From contig CAXHJY010000797.1 of assembly GCA_964016885.1 (NCBI GenBank), positions 1-60,573 on the forward strand: a stretch of 60,573 nucleotides of DNA, written 5' to 3'. Under the pieces are notes generated by a model. The model was not told where the DNA came from, did not search any database, and saw only the letters and a program-made list of their open reading frames with translations. The translations under genes were made by a program, and so were the position numbers. Source of the DNA: Eledone cirrhosa. Its lineage: Eukaryota. This document shows, piece by piece, positions 33,714 to 46,900 of the stretch. Positions within the stretch are counted from its first letter, which is position 1. Every line of letters begins with the position of its first letter.

Positions 33714-36700
33714 ATATATATGTGAATATAGACATAGAATATTCGAAAATATTCTGTATGTTTATAATAAACATTTTGAAGACCTAATCGCTATAGAATA
33801 GAATACGTCACGTATTACAATTAGATTCTCGATAAAAGCAAGGGAAGTAATCTACGCGTTTCATTCTCGTTAGAAATCATCAGGACTACATATCCAGTGC
33901 TTTTATCGAGAATGACACAGCTAGAGACTTATAGAATACTTAGCTGTGTACAGGAACTGGTTTGAAAGAGCGGTTGCCGGTCCGGCAGAAATTAGAAATT
34001 GGAATAAATGCTCTGAAATAGCGATATATATGTGAATATAGACATAGAATATTCGAAAATATTCTGTATGTTTATAATAAACATTTTGAAGACCTAATCG
34101 CTATAGAATAGAATACGTCACGTATTACAATTAGATTCTCGATAAAAGCAAGGGAAGTAATCTACGCGTTTCATTCTCGTTAGAAATCATCAGGACTACA
34201 TATCCAGTGCTTTTATCGAGAATGACACAGCTAGAGACTTATAGAATACTTAGCTGTGTACAGGAACTGGTTTGAAAGAGCGGTTGCCGGTCCGGCAGAA
34301 ATTAGAAATTGGAATAAATGCTCTGAAATAGCGATATATATGTGAATATAGACATAGAATATTCGAAAATATTCTGTATGTTTATAATAAACATTTTGAA
34401 GACCTAATCGCTATAGAATAGAATACGTCACGTATTACAATTAGATTCTCGATAAAAGCAAGGGAAGTAATCTACGCGTTTCATTCTCGTTAGAAATCAT
34501 CAGGACTACATATCCAGTGCTTTTATCGAGAATGACACAGCTAGAGACTTATAGAATACTTAGCTGTGTACAGGAACTGGTTTGAAAGAGCGGTTGCCGG
34601 TCCGGCAGAAATTAGAAATTGGAATAAATGCTCTGAAATAGCGATATATATGTGAATATAGACATAGAATATTCGAAAATATTCTGTATGTTTATAATAA
34701 ACATTTTGAAGACCTAATCGCTATAGAATAGAATACGTCACGTATTACAATTAGATTCTCGATAAAAGCAAGGGAAGTAATCTACGCGTTTCATTCTCGT
34801 TAGAAATCATCAGGACTACATATCCAGTGCTTTTATCGAGAATGACACAGCTAGAGACTTATAGAATACTTAGCTGTGTACAGGAACTGGTTTGAAAGAG
34901 CGGTTGCCGGTCCGGCAGAAATTAGAAATTGGAATAAATGCTCTGAAATAGCGATATATATGTGAATATAGACATAGAATATTCGAAAATATTCTGTATG
35001 TTTATAATAAACATTTTGAAGACCTAATCGCTATAGAATAGAATACGTCACGTATTACAATTAGATTCTCGATAAAAGCAAGGGAAGTAATCTACGCGTT
35101 TCATTCTCGTTAGAAATCATCAGGACTACATATCCAGTGCTTTTATCGAGAATGACACAGCTAGAGACTTATAGAATACTTAGCTGTGTACAGGAACTGG
35201 TTTGAAAGAGCGGTTGCCGGTCCGGCAGAAATTAGAAATTGGAATAAATGCTCTGAAATAGCGATATATATGTGAATATAGACATAGAATATTCGAAAAT
35301 ATTCTGTATGTTTATAATAAACATTTTGAAGACCTAATCGCTATAGAATAGAATACGTCACGTATTACAATTAGATTCTCGATAAAAGCAAGGGAAGTAA
35401 TCTACGCGTTTCATTCTCGTTAGAAATCATCAGGACTACATATCCAGTGCTTTTATCGAGAATGACACAGCTAGAGACTTATAGAATACTTAGCTGTGTA
35501 CAGGAACTGGTTTGAAAGAGCGGTTGCCGGTCCGGCAGAAATTAGAAATTGGAATAAATGCTCTGAAATAGCGATATATATGTGAATATAGACATAGAAT
35601 ATTCGAAAATATTCTGTATGTTTATAATAAACATTTTGAAGACCTAATCGCTATAGAATAGAATACGTCACGTATTACAATTAGATTCTCGATAAAAGCA
35701 AGGGAAGTAATCTACGCGTTTCATTCTCGTTAGAAATCATCAGGACTACATATCCAGTGCTTTTATCGAGAATGACACAGCTAGAGACTTATAGAATACT
35801 TAGCTGTGTACAGGAACTGGTTTGAAAGAGCGGTTGCCGGTCCGGCAGAAATTAGAAATTGGAATAAATGCTCTGAAATAGCGATATATATGTGAATATA
35901 GACATAGAATATTCGAAAATATTCTGTATGTTTATAATAAACATTTTGAAGACCTAATCGCTATAGAATAGAATACGTCACGTATTACAATTAGATTCTC
36001 GATAAAAGCAAGGGAAGTAATCTACGCGTTTCATTCTCGTTAGAAATCATCAGGACTACATATCCAGTGCTTTTATCGAGAATGACACAGCTAGAGACTT
36101 ATAGAATACTTAGCTGTGTACAGGAACTGGTTTGAAAGAGCGGTTGCCGGTCCGGCAGAAATTAGAAATTGGAATAAATGCTCTGAAATAGCGATATATA
36201 TGTGAATATAGACATAGAATATTCGAAAATATTCTGTATGTTTATAATAAACATTTTGAAGACCTAATCGCTATAGAATAGAATACGTCACGTATTACAA
36301 TTAGATTCTCGATAAAAGCAAGGGAAGTAATCTACGCGTTTCATTCTCGTTAGAAATCATCAGGACTACATATCCAGTGCTTTTATCGAGAATGACACAG
36401 CTAGAGACTTATAGAATACTTAGCTGTGTACAGGAACTGGTTTGAAAGAGCGGTTGCCGGTCCGGCAGAAATTAGAAATTGGAATAAATGCTCTGAAATA
36501 GCGATATATATGTGAATATAGACATAGAATATTCGAAAATATTCTGTATGTTTATAATAAACATTTTGAAGACCTAATCGCTATAGAATAGAATACGTCA
36601 CGTATTACAATTAGATTCTCGATAAAAGCAAGGGAAGTAATCTACGCGTTTCATTCTCGTTAGAAATCATCAGGACTACATATCCAGTGCTTTTATCGAG

Positions 36701-37916
36701 AATGACACAGCTAGAGACTTATAGAATACTTAGCTGTGTACAGGAACTGGTTTGAAAGAGCGGTTGCCGGTCCGGCAGAAATTAGAAATTGGAATAAATG
36801 CTCTGAAATAGCGATATATATGTGAATATAGACATAGAATATTCGAAAATATTCTGTATGTTTATAATAAACATTTTGAAGACCTAATCGCTATAGAATA
36901 GAATACGTCACGTATTACAATTAGATTCTCGATAAAAGCAAGGGAAGTAATCTACGCGTTTCATTCTCGTTAGAAATCATCAGGACTACATATCCAGTGC
37001 TTTTATCGAGAATGACACAGCTAGAGACTTATAGAATACTTAGCTGTGTACAGGAACTGGTTTGAAAGAGCGGTTGCCGGTCCGGCAGAAATTAGAAATT
37101 GGAATAAATGCTCTGAAATAGCGATATATATGTGAATATAGACATAGAATATTCGAAAATATTCTGTATGTTTATAATAAACATTTTGAAGACCTAATCG
37201 CTATAGAATAGAATACGTCACGTATTACAATTAGATTCTCGATAAAAGCAAGGGAAGTAATCTACGCGTTTCATTCTCGTTAGAAATCATCAGGACTACA
37301 TATCCAGTGCTTTTATCGAGAATGACACAGCTAGAGACTTATAGAATACTTAGCTGTGTACAGGAACTGGTTTGAAAGAGCGGTTGCCGGTCCGGCAGAA
37401 ATTAGAAATTGGAATAAATGCTCTGAAATAGCGATATATATGTGAATATAGACATAGAATATTCGAAAATATTCTGTATGTTTATAATAAACATTTTGAA
37501 GACCTAATCGCTATAGAATAGAATACGTCACGTATTACAATTAGATTCTCGATAAAAGCAAGGGAAGTAATCTGCGCGTTTCATTCTCGTTAGAAATCAT
37601 CAGGACTACATATCCAGTGCTTTTATCGAGAATGACACAGCTAGAGACTTATAGAATACTTAGCTGTGTACAGGAACTGGTTTGAAAGAGCGGTTGCCGG
37701 TCCGGCAGAAATTAGAAATTGGAATAAATGCTCTGAAATAGCGATATATATGTGAATATAGACATAGAATATTCGAAAATATTCTGTATGTTTATAATAA
37801 ACATTTTGAAGACCTAATCGCTATAGAATAGAATACGTCACGTATTACAATTAGATTCTCGATAAAAGCAAGGGAAGTAATCTACGCGTTTCATTCTCGT
37901 TAGAAATCATCAGGAC
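33714..37916 (-). mobile_element. Retrozyme-like 310-bp tandem array, left arm (about 13.6 units, hammerheads on the minus strand)
   Basis: TGTGAATATA recurs every 310 bp from 33721 to 37751. Each unit contains the antisense hammerhead TACGCGTTTC..TCATCAG. Confidence 0.92.
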
Positions 37917-40900
37917 AACCGCTCTTTCAAACCAGTTCCTGTACACAGCTAAGTATTCTATAAGTCTCTAGCTGTGTCATTCTCGATAAAAGCACTGGAT
38001 ATGTAGTCCTGATGATTTCTAACGAGAATGAAACGCGTAGATTACTTCCCTTGCTTTTATCGAGAATCTAATTGTAATACGTGACGTATTCTATTCTATA
38101 GCGATTAGGTCTTCAAAATGTTTATTATAAACATACAGAATATTTTCGAATATTCTATGTCTATATTCACATATATATCGCTATTTCAGAGCATTTATTC
38201 CAATTTCTAATTTCTGCCGGACCGGCAACCGCTCTTTCAAACCAGTTCCTGTACACAGCTAAGTATTCTATAAGTCTCTAGCTGTGTCATTCTCGATAAA
38301 AGCACTGGATATGTAGTCCTGATGATTTCTAACGAGAATGAAACGCGTAGATTACTTCCCTTGCTTTTATCGAGAATCTAATTGTAATACGTGACGTATT
38401 CTATTCTATAGCGATTAGGTCTTCAAAATGTTTATTATAAACATACAGAATATTTTCGAATATTCTATGTCTATATTCACATATATATCGCTATTTCAGA
38501 GCATTTATTCCAATTTCTAATTTCTGCCGGACCGGCAACCGCTCTTTCAAACCAGTTCCTGTACACAGCTAAGTATTCTATAAGTCTCTAGCTGTGTCAT
38601 TCTCGATAAAAGCACTGGATATGTAGTCCTGATGATTTCTAACGAGAATGAAACGCGTAGATTACTTCCCTTGCTTTTATCGAGAATCTAATTGTAATAC
38701 GTGACGTATTCTATTCTATAGCGATTAGGTCTTCAAAATGTTTATTATAAACATACAGAATATTTTCGAATATTCTATGTCTATATTCACATATATATCG
38801 CTATTTCAGAGCATTTATTCCAATTTCTAATTTCTGCCGGACCGGCAACCGCTCTTTCAAACCAGTTCCTGTACACAGCTAAGTATTCTATAAGTCTCTA
38901 GCTGTGTCATTCTCGATAAAAGCACTGGATATGTAGTCCTGATGATTTCTAACGAGAATGAAACGCGTAGATTACTTCCCTTGCTTTTATCGAGAATCTA
39001 ATTGTAATACGTGACGTATTCTATTCTATAGCGATTAGGTCTTCAAAATGTTTATTATAAACATACAGAATATTTTCGAATATTCTATGTCTATATTCAC
39101 ATATATATCGCTATTTCAGAGCATTTATTCCAATTTCTAATTTCTGCCGGACCGGCAACCGCTCTTTCAAACCAGTTCCTGTACACAGCTAAGTATTCTA
39201 TAAGTCTCTAGCTGTGTCATTCTCGATAAAAGCACTGGATATGTAGTCCTGATGATTTCTAACGAGAATGAAACGCGCAGATTACTTCCCTTGCTTTTAT
39301 CGAGAATCTAATTGTAATACGTGACGTATTCTATTCTATAGCGATTAGGTCTTCAAAATGTTTATTATAAACATACAGAATATTTTCGAATATTCTATGT
39401 CTATATTCACATATATATCGCTATTTCAGAGCATTTATTCCAATTTCTAATTTCTGCCGGACCGGCAACCGCTCTTTCAAACCAGTTCCTGTACACAGCT
39501 AAGTATTCTATAAGTCTCTAGCTGTGTCATTCTCGATAAAAGCACTGGATATGTAGTCCTGATGATTTCTAACGAGAATGAAACGCGTAGATTACTTCCC
39601 TTGCTTTTATCGAGAATCTAATTGTAATACGTGACGTATTCTATTCTATAGCGATTAGGTCTTCAAAATGTTTATTATAAACATACAGAATATTTTCGAA
39701 TATTCTATGTCTATATTCACATATATATCGCTATTTCAGAGCATTTATTCCAATTTCTAATTTCTGCCGGACCGGCAACCGCTCTTTCAAACCAGTTCCT
39801 GTACACAGCTAAGTATTCTATAAGTCTCTAGCTGTGTCATTCTCGATAAAAGCACTGGATATGTAGTCCTGATGATTTCTAACGAGAATGAAACGCGTAG
39901 ATTACTTCCCTTGCTTTTATCGAGAATCTAATTGTAATACGTGACGTATTCTATTCTATAGCGATTAGGTCTTCAAAATGTTTATTATAAACATACAGAA
40001 TATTTTCGAATATTCTATGTCTATATTCACATATATATCGCTATTTCAGAGCATTTATTCCAATTTCTAATTTCTGCCGGACCGGCAACCGCTCTTTCAA
40101 ACCAGTTCCTGTACACAGCTAAGTATTCTATAAGTCTCTAGCTGTGTCATTCTCGATAAAAGCACTGGATATGTAGTCCTGATGATTTCTAACGAGAATG
40201 AAACGCGTAGATTACTTCCCTTGCTTTTATCGAGAATCTAATTGTAATACGTGACGTATTCTATTCTATAGCGATTAGGTCTTCAAAATGTTTATTATAA
40301 ACATACAGAATATTTTCGAATATTCTATGTCTATATTCACATATATATCGCTATTTCAGAGCATTTATTCCAATTTCTAATTTCTGCCGGACCGGCAACC
40401 GCTCTTTCAAACCAGTTCCTGTACACAGCTAAGTATTCTATAAGTCTCTAGCTGTGTCATTCTCGATAAAAGCACTGGATATGTAGTCCTGATGATTTCT
40501 AACGAGAATGAAACGCGTAGATTACTTCCCTTGCTTTTATCGAGAATCTAATTGTAATACGTGACGTATTCTATTCTATAGCGATTAGGTCTTCAAAATG
40601 TTTATTATAAACATACAGAATATTTTCGAATATTCTATGTCTATATTCACATATATATCGCTATTTCAGAGCATTTATTCCAATTTCTAATTTCTGCCGG
40701 ACCGGCAACCGCTCTTTCAAACCAGTTCCTGTACACAGCTAAGTATTCTATAAGTCTCTAGCTGTGTCATTCTCGATAAAAGCACTGGATATGTAGTCCT
40801 GATGATTTCTAACGAGAATGAAACGCGTAGATTACTTCCCTTGCTTTTATCGAGAATCTAATTGTAATACGTGACGTATTCTATTCTATAGCGATTAGGT

Positions 40901-43900
40901 CTTCAAAATGTTTATTATAAACATACAGAATATTTTCGAATATTCTATGTCTATATTCACATATATATCGCTATTTCAGAGCATTTATTCCAATTTCTAA
41001 TTTCTGCCGGACCGGCAACCGCTCTTTCAAACCAGTTCCTGTACACAGCTAAGTATTCTATAAGTCTCTAGCTGTGTCATTCTCGATAAAAGCACTGGAT
41101 ATGTAGTCCTGATGATTTCTAACGAGAATGAAACGCGTAGATTACTTCCCTTGCTTTTATCGAGAATCTAATTGTAATACGTGACGTATTCTATTCTATA
41201 GCGATTAGGTCTTCAAAATGTTTATTATAAACATACAGAATATTTTCGAATATTCTATGTCTATATTCACATATATATCGCTATTTCAGAGCATTTATTC
41301 CAATTTCTAATTTCTGCCGGACCGGCAACCGCTCTTTCAAACCAGTTCCTGTACACAGCTAAGTATTCTATAAGTCTCTAGCTGTGTCATTCTCGATAAA
41401 AGCACTGGATATGTAGTCCTGATGATTTCTAACGAGAATGAAACGCGTAGATTACTTCCCTTGCTTTTATCGAGAATCTAATTGTAATACGTGACGTATT
41501 CTATTCTATAGCGATTAGGTCTTCAAAATGTTTATTATAAACATACAGAATATTTTCGAATATTCTATGTCTATATTCACATATATATCGCTATTTCAGA
41601 GCATTTATTCCAATTTCTAATTTCTGCCGGACCGGCAACCGCTCTTTCAAACCAGTTCCTGTACACAGCTAAGTATTCTATAAGTCTCTAGCTGTGTCAT
41701 TCTCGATAAAAGCACTGGATATGTAGTCCTGATGATTTCTAACGAGAATGAAACGCGTAGATTACTTCCCTTGCTTTTATCGAGAATCTAATTGTAATAC
41801 GTGACGTATTCTATTCTATAGCGATTAGGTCTTCAAAATGTTTATTATAAACATACAGAATATTTTCGAATATTCTATGTCTATATTCACATATATATCG
41901 CTATTTCAGAGCATTTATTCCAATTTCTAATTTCTGCCGGACCGGCAACCGCTCTTTCAAACCAGTTCCTGTACACAGCTAAGTATTCTATAAGTCTCTA
42001 GCTGTGTCATTCTCGATAAAAGCACTGGATATGTAGTCCTGATGATTTCTAACGAGAATGAAACGCGTAGATTACTTCCCTTGCTTTTATCGAGAATCTA
42101 ATTGTAATACGTGACGTATTCTATTCTATAGCGATTAGGTCTTCAAAATGTTTATTATAAACATACAGAATATTTTCGAATATTCTATGTCTATATTCAC
42201 ATATATATCGCTATTTCAGAGCATTTATTCCAATTTCTAATTTCTGCCGGACCGGCAACCGCTCTTTCAAACCAGTTCCTGTACACAGCTAAGTATTCTA
42301 TAAGTCTCTAGCTGTGTCATTCTCGATAAAAGCACTGGATATGTAGTCCTGATGATTTCTAACGAGAATGAAACGCGTAGATTACTTCCCTTGCTTTTAT
42401 CGAGAATCTAATTGTAATACGTGACGTATTCTATTCTATAGCGATTAGGTCTTCAAAATGTTTATTATAAACATACAGAATATTTTCGAATATTCTATGT
42501 CTATATTCACATATATATCGCTATTTCAGAGCATTTATTCCAATTTCTAATTTCTGCCGGACCGGCAACCGCTCTTTCAAACCAGTTCCTGTACACAGCT
42601 AAGTATTCTATAAGTCTCTAGCTGTGTCATTCTCGATAAAAGCACTGGATATGTAGTCCTGATGATTTCTAACGAGAATGAAACGCGTAGATTACTTCCC
42701 TTGCTTTTATCGAGAATCTAATTGTAATACGTGACGTATTCTATTCTATAGCGATTAGGTCTTCAAAATGTTTATTATAAACATACAGAATATTTTCGAA
42801 TATTCTATGTCTATATTCACATATATATCGCTATTTCAGAGCATTTATTCCAATTTCTAATTTCTGCCGGACCGGCAACCGCTCTTTCAAACCAGTTCCT
42901 GTACACAGCTAAGTATTCTATAAGTCTCTAGCTGTGTCATTCTCGATAAAAGCACTGGATATGTAGTCCTGATGATTTCTAACGAGAATGAAACGCGTAG
43001 ATTACTTCCCTTGCTTTTATCGAGAATCTAATTGTAATACGTGACGTATTCTATTCTATAGCGATTAGGTCTTCAAAATGTTTATTATAAACATACAGAA
43101 TATTTTCGAATATTCTATGTCTATATTCACATATATATCGCTATTTCAGAGCATTTATTCCAATTTCTAATTTCTGCCGGACCGGCAACCGCTCTTTCAA
43201 ACCAGTTCCTGTACACAGCTAAGTATTCTATAAGTCTCTAGCTGTGTCATTCTCGATAAAAGCACTGGATATGTAGTCCTGATGATTTCTAACGAGAATG
43301 AAACGCGTAGATTACTTCCCTTGCTTTTATCGAGAATCTAATTGTAATACGTGACGTATTCTATTCTATAGCGATTAGGTCTTCAAAATGTTTATTATAA
43401 ACATACAGAATATTTTCGAATATTCTATGTCTATATTCACATATATATCGCTATTTCAGAGCATTTATTCCAATTTCTAATTTCTGCCGGACCGGCAACC
43501 GCTCTTTCAAACCAGTTCCTGTACACAGCTAAGTATTCTATAAGTCTCTAGCTGTGTCATTCTCGATAAAAGCACTGGATATGTAGTCCTGATGATTTCT
43601 AACGAGAATGAAACGCGTAGATTACTTCCCTTGCTTTTATCGAGAATCTAATTGTAATACGTGACGTATTCTATTCTATAGCGATTAGGTCTTCAAAATG
43701 TTTATTATAAACATACAGAATATTTTCGAATATTCTATGTCTATATTCACATATATATCGCTATTTCAGAGCATTTATTCCAATTTCTAATTTCTGCCGG
43801 ACCGGCAACCGCTCTTTCAAACCAGTTCCTGTACACAGCTAAGTATTCTATAAGTCTCTAGCTGTGTCATTCTCGATAAAAGCACTGGATATGTAGTCCT

Positions 43901-46900
43901 GATGATTTCTAACGAGAATGAAACGCGTAGATTACTTCCCTTGCTTTTATCGAGAATCTAATTGTAATACGTGACGTATTCTATTCTATAGCGATTAGGT
44001 CTTCAAAATGTTTATTATAAACATACAGAATATTTTCGAATATTCTATGTCTATATTCACATATATATCGCTATTTCAGAGCATTTATTCCAATTTCTAA
44101 TTTCTGCCGGACCGGCAACCGCTCTTTCAAACCAGTTCCTGTACACAGCTAAGTATTCTATAAGTCTCTAGCTGTGTCATTCTCGATAAAAGCACTGGAT
44201 ATGTAGTCCTGATGATTTCTAACGAGAATGAAACGCGTAGATTACTTCCCTTGCTTTTATCGAGAATCTAATTGTAATACGTGACGTATTCTATTCTATA
44301 GCGATTAGGTCTTCAAAATGTTTATTATAAACATACAGAATATTTTCGAATATTCTATGTCTATATTCACATATATATCGCTATTTCAGAGCATTTATTC
44401 CAATTTCTAATTTCTGCCGGACCGGCAACCGCTCTTTCAAACCAGTTCCTGTACACAGCTAAGTATTCTATAAGTCTCTAGCTGTGTCATTCTCGATAAA
44501 AGCACTGGATATGTAGTCCTGATGATTTCTAACGAGAATGAAACGCGTAGATTACTTCCCTTGCTTTTATCGAGAATCTAATTGTAATACGTGACGTATT
44601 CTATTCTATAGCGATTAGGTCTTCAAAATGTTTATTATAAACATACAGAATATTTTCGAATATTCTATGTCTATATTCACATATATATCGCTATTTCAGA
44701 GCATTTATTCCAATTTCTAATTTCTGCCGGACCGGCAACCGCTCTTTCAAACCAGTTCCTGTACACAGCTAAGTATTCTATAAGTCTCTAGCTGTGTCAT
44801 TCTCGATAAAAGCACTGGATATGTAGTCCTGATGATTTCTAACGAGAATGAAACGCGTAGATTACTTCCCTTGCTTTTATCGAGAATCTAATTGTAATAC
44901 GTGACGTATTCTATTCTATAGCGATTAGGTCTTCAAAATGTTTATTATAAACATACAGAATATTTTCGAATATTCTATGTCTATATTCACATATATATCG
45001 CTATTTCAGAGCATTTATTCCAATTTCTAATTTCTGCCGGACCGGCAACCGCTCTTTCAAACCAGTTCCTGTACACAGCTAAGTATTCTATAAGTCTCTA
45101 GCTGTGTCATTCTCGATAAAAGCACTGGATATGTAGTCCTGATGATTTCTAACGAGAATGAAACGCGTAGATTACTTCCCTTGCTTTTATCGAGAATCTA
45201 ATTGTAATACGTGACGTATTCTATTCTATAGCGATTAGGTCTTCAAAATGTTTATTATAAACATACAGAATATTTTCGAATATTCTATGTCTATATTCAC
45301 ATATATATCGCTATTTCAGAGCATTTATTCCAATTTCTAATTTCTGCCGGACCGGCAACCGCTCTTTCAAACCAGTTCCTGTACACAGCTAAGTATTCTA
45401 TAAGTCTCTAGCTGTGTCATTCTCGATAAAAGCACTGGATATGTAGTCCTGATGATTTCTAACGAGAATGAAACGCGTAGATTACTTCCCTTGCTTTTAT
45501 CGAGAATCTAATTGTAATACGTGACGTATTCTATTCTATAGCGATTAGGTCTTCAAAATGTTTATTATAAACATACAGAATATTTTCGAATATTCTATGT
45601 CTATATTCACATATATATCGCTATTTCAGAGCATTTATTCCAATTTCTAATTTCTGCCGGACCGGCAACCGCTCTTTCAAACCAGTTCCTGTACACAGCT
45701 AAGTATTCTATAAGTCTCTAGCTGTGTCATTCTCGATAAAAGCACTGGATATGTAGTCCTGATGATTTCTAACGAGAATGAAACGCGTAGATTACTTCCC
45801 TTGCTTTTATCGAGAATCTAATTGTAATACGTGACGTATTCTATTCTATAGCGATTAGGTCTTCAAAATGTTTATAATAAACATACAGAATATTTTCGAA
45901 TATTCTATGTCTATATTCACATATATATCGCTATTTCAGAGCATTTATTCCAATTTCTAATTTCTGCCGGACCGGCAACCGCTCTTTCAAACCAGTTCCT
46001 GTACACAGCTAAGTATTCTATAAGTCTCTAGCTGTGTCATTCTCGATAAAAGCACTGGATATGTAGTCCTGATGATTTCTAACGAGAATGAAACGCGCAG
46101 ATTACTTCCCTTGCTTTTATCGAGAATCTAATTGTAATACGTGACGTATTCTATTCTATAGCGATTAGGTCTTCAAAATGTTTATTATAAACATACAGAA
46201 TATTTTCGAATATTCTATGTCTATATTCACATATATATCGCTATTTCAGAGCATTTATTCCAATTTCTAATTTCTGCCGGACCGGCAACCGCTCTTTCAA
46301 ACCAGTTCCTGTACACAGCTAAGTATTCTATAAGTCTCTAGCTGTGTCATTCTCGATAAAAGCACTGGATATGTAGTCCTGATGATTTCTAACGAGAATG
46401 AAACGCGTAGATTACTTCCCTTGCTTTTATCGAGAATCTAATTGTAATACGTGACGTATTCTATTCTATAGCGATTAGGTCTTCAAAATGTTTATTATAA
46501 ACATACAGAATATTTTCGAATATTCTATGTCTATATTCACATATATATCGCTATTTCAGAGCATTTATTCCAATTTCTAATTTCTGCCGGACCGGCAACC
46601 GCTCTTTCAAACCAGTTCCTGTACACAGCTAAGTATTCTATAAGTCTCTAGCTGTGTCATTCTCGATAAAAGCACTGGATATGTAGTCCTGATGATTTCT
46701 AACGAGAATGAAACGCGTAGATTACTTCCCTTGCTTTTATCGAGAATCTAATTGTAATACGTGACGTATTCTATTCTATAGCGATTAGGTCTTCAAAATG
46801 TTTATTATAAACATACAGAATATTTTCGAATATTCTATGTCTATATTCACATATATATCGCTATTTCAGAGCATTTATTCCAATTTCTAATTTCTGCCGG

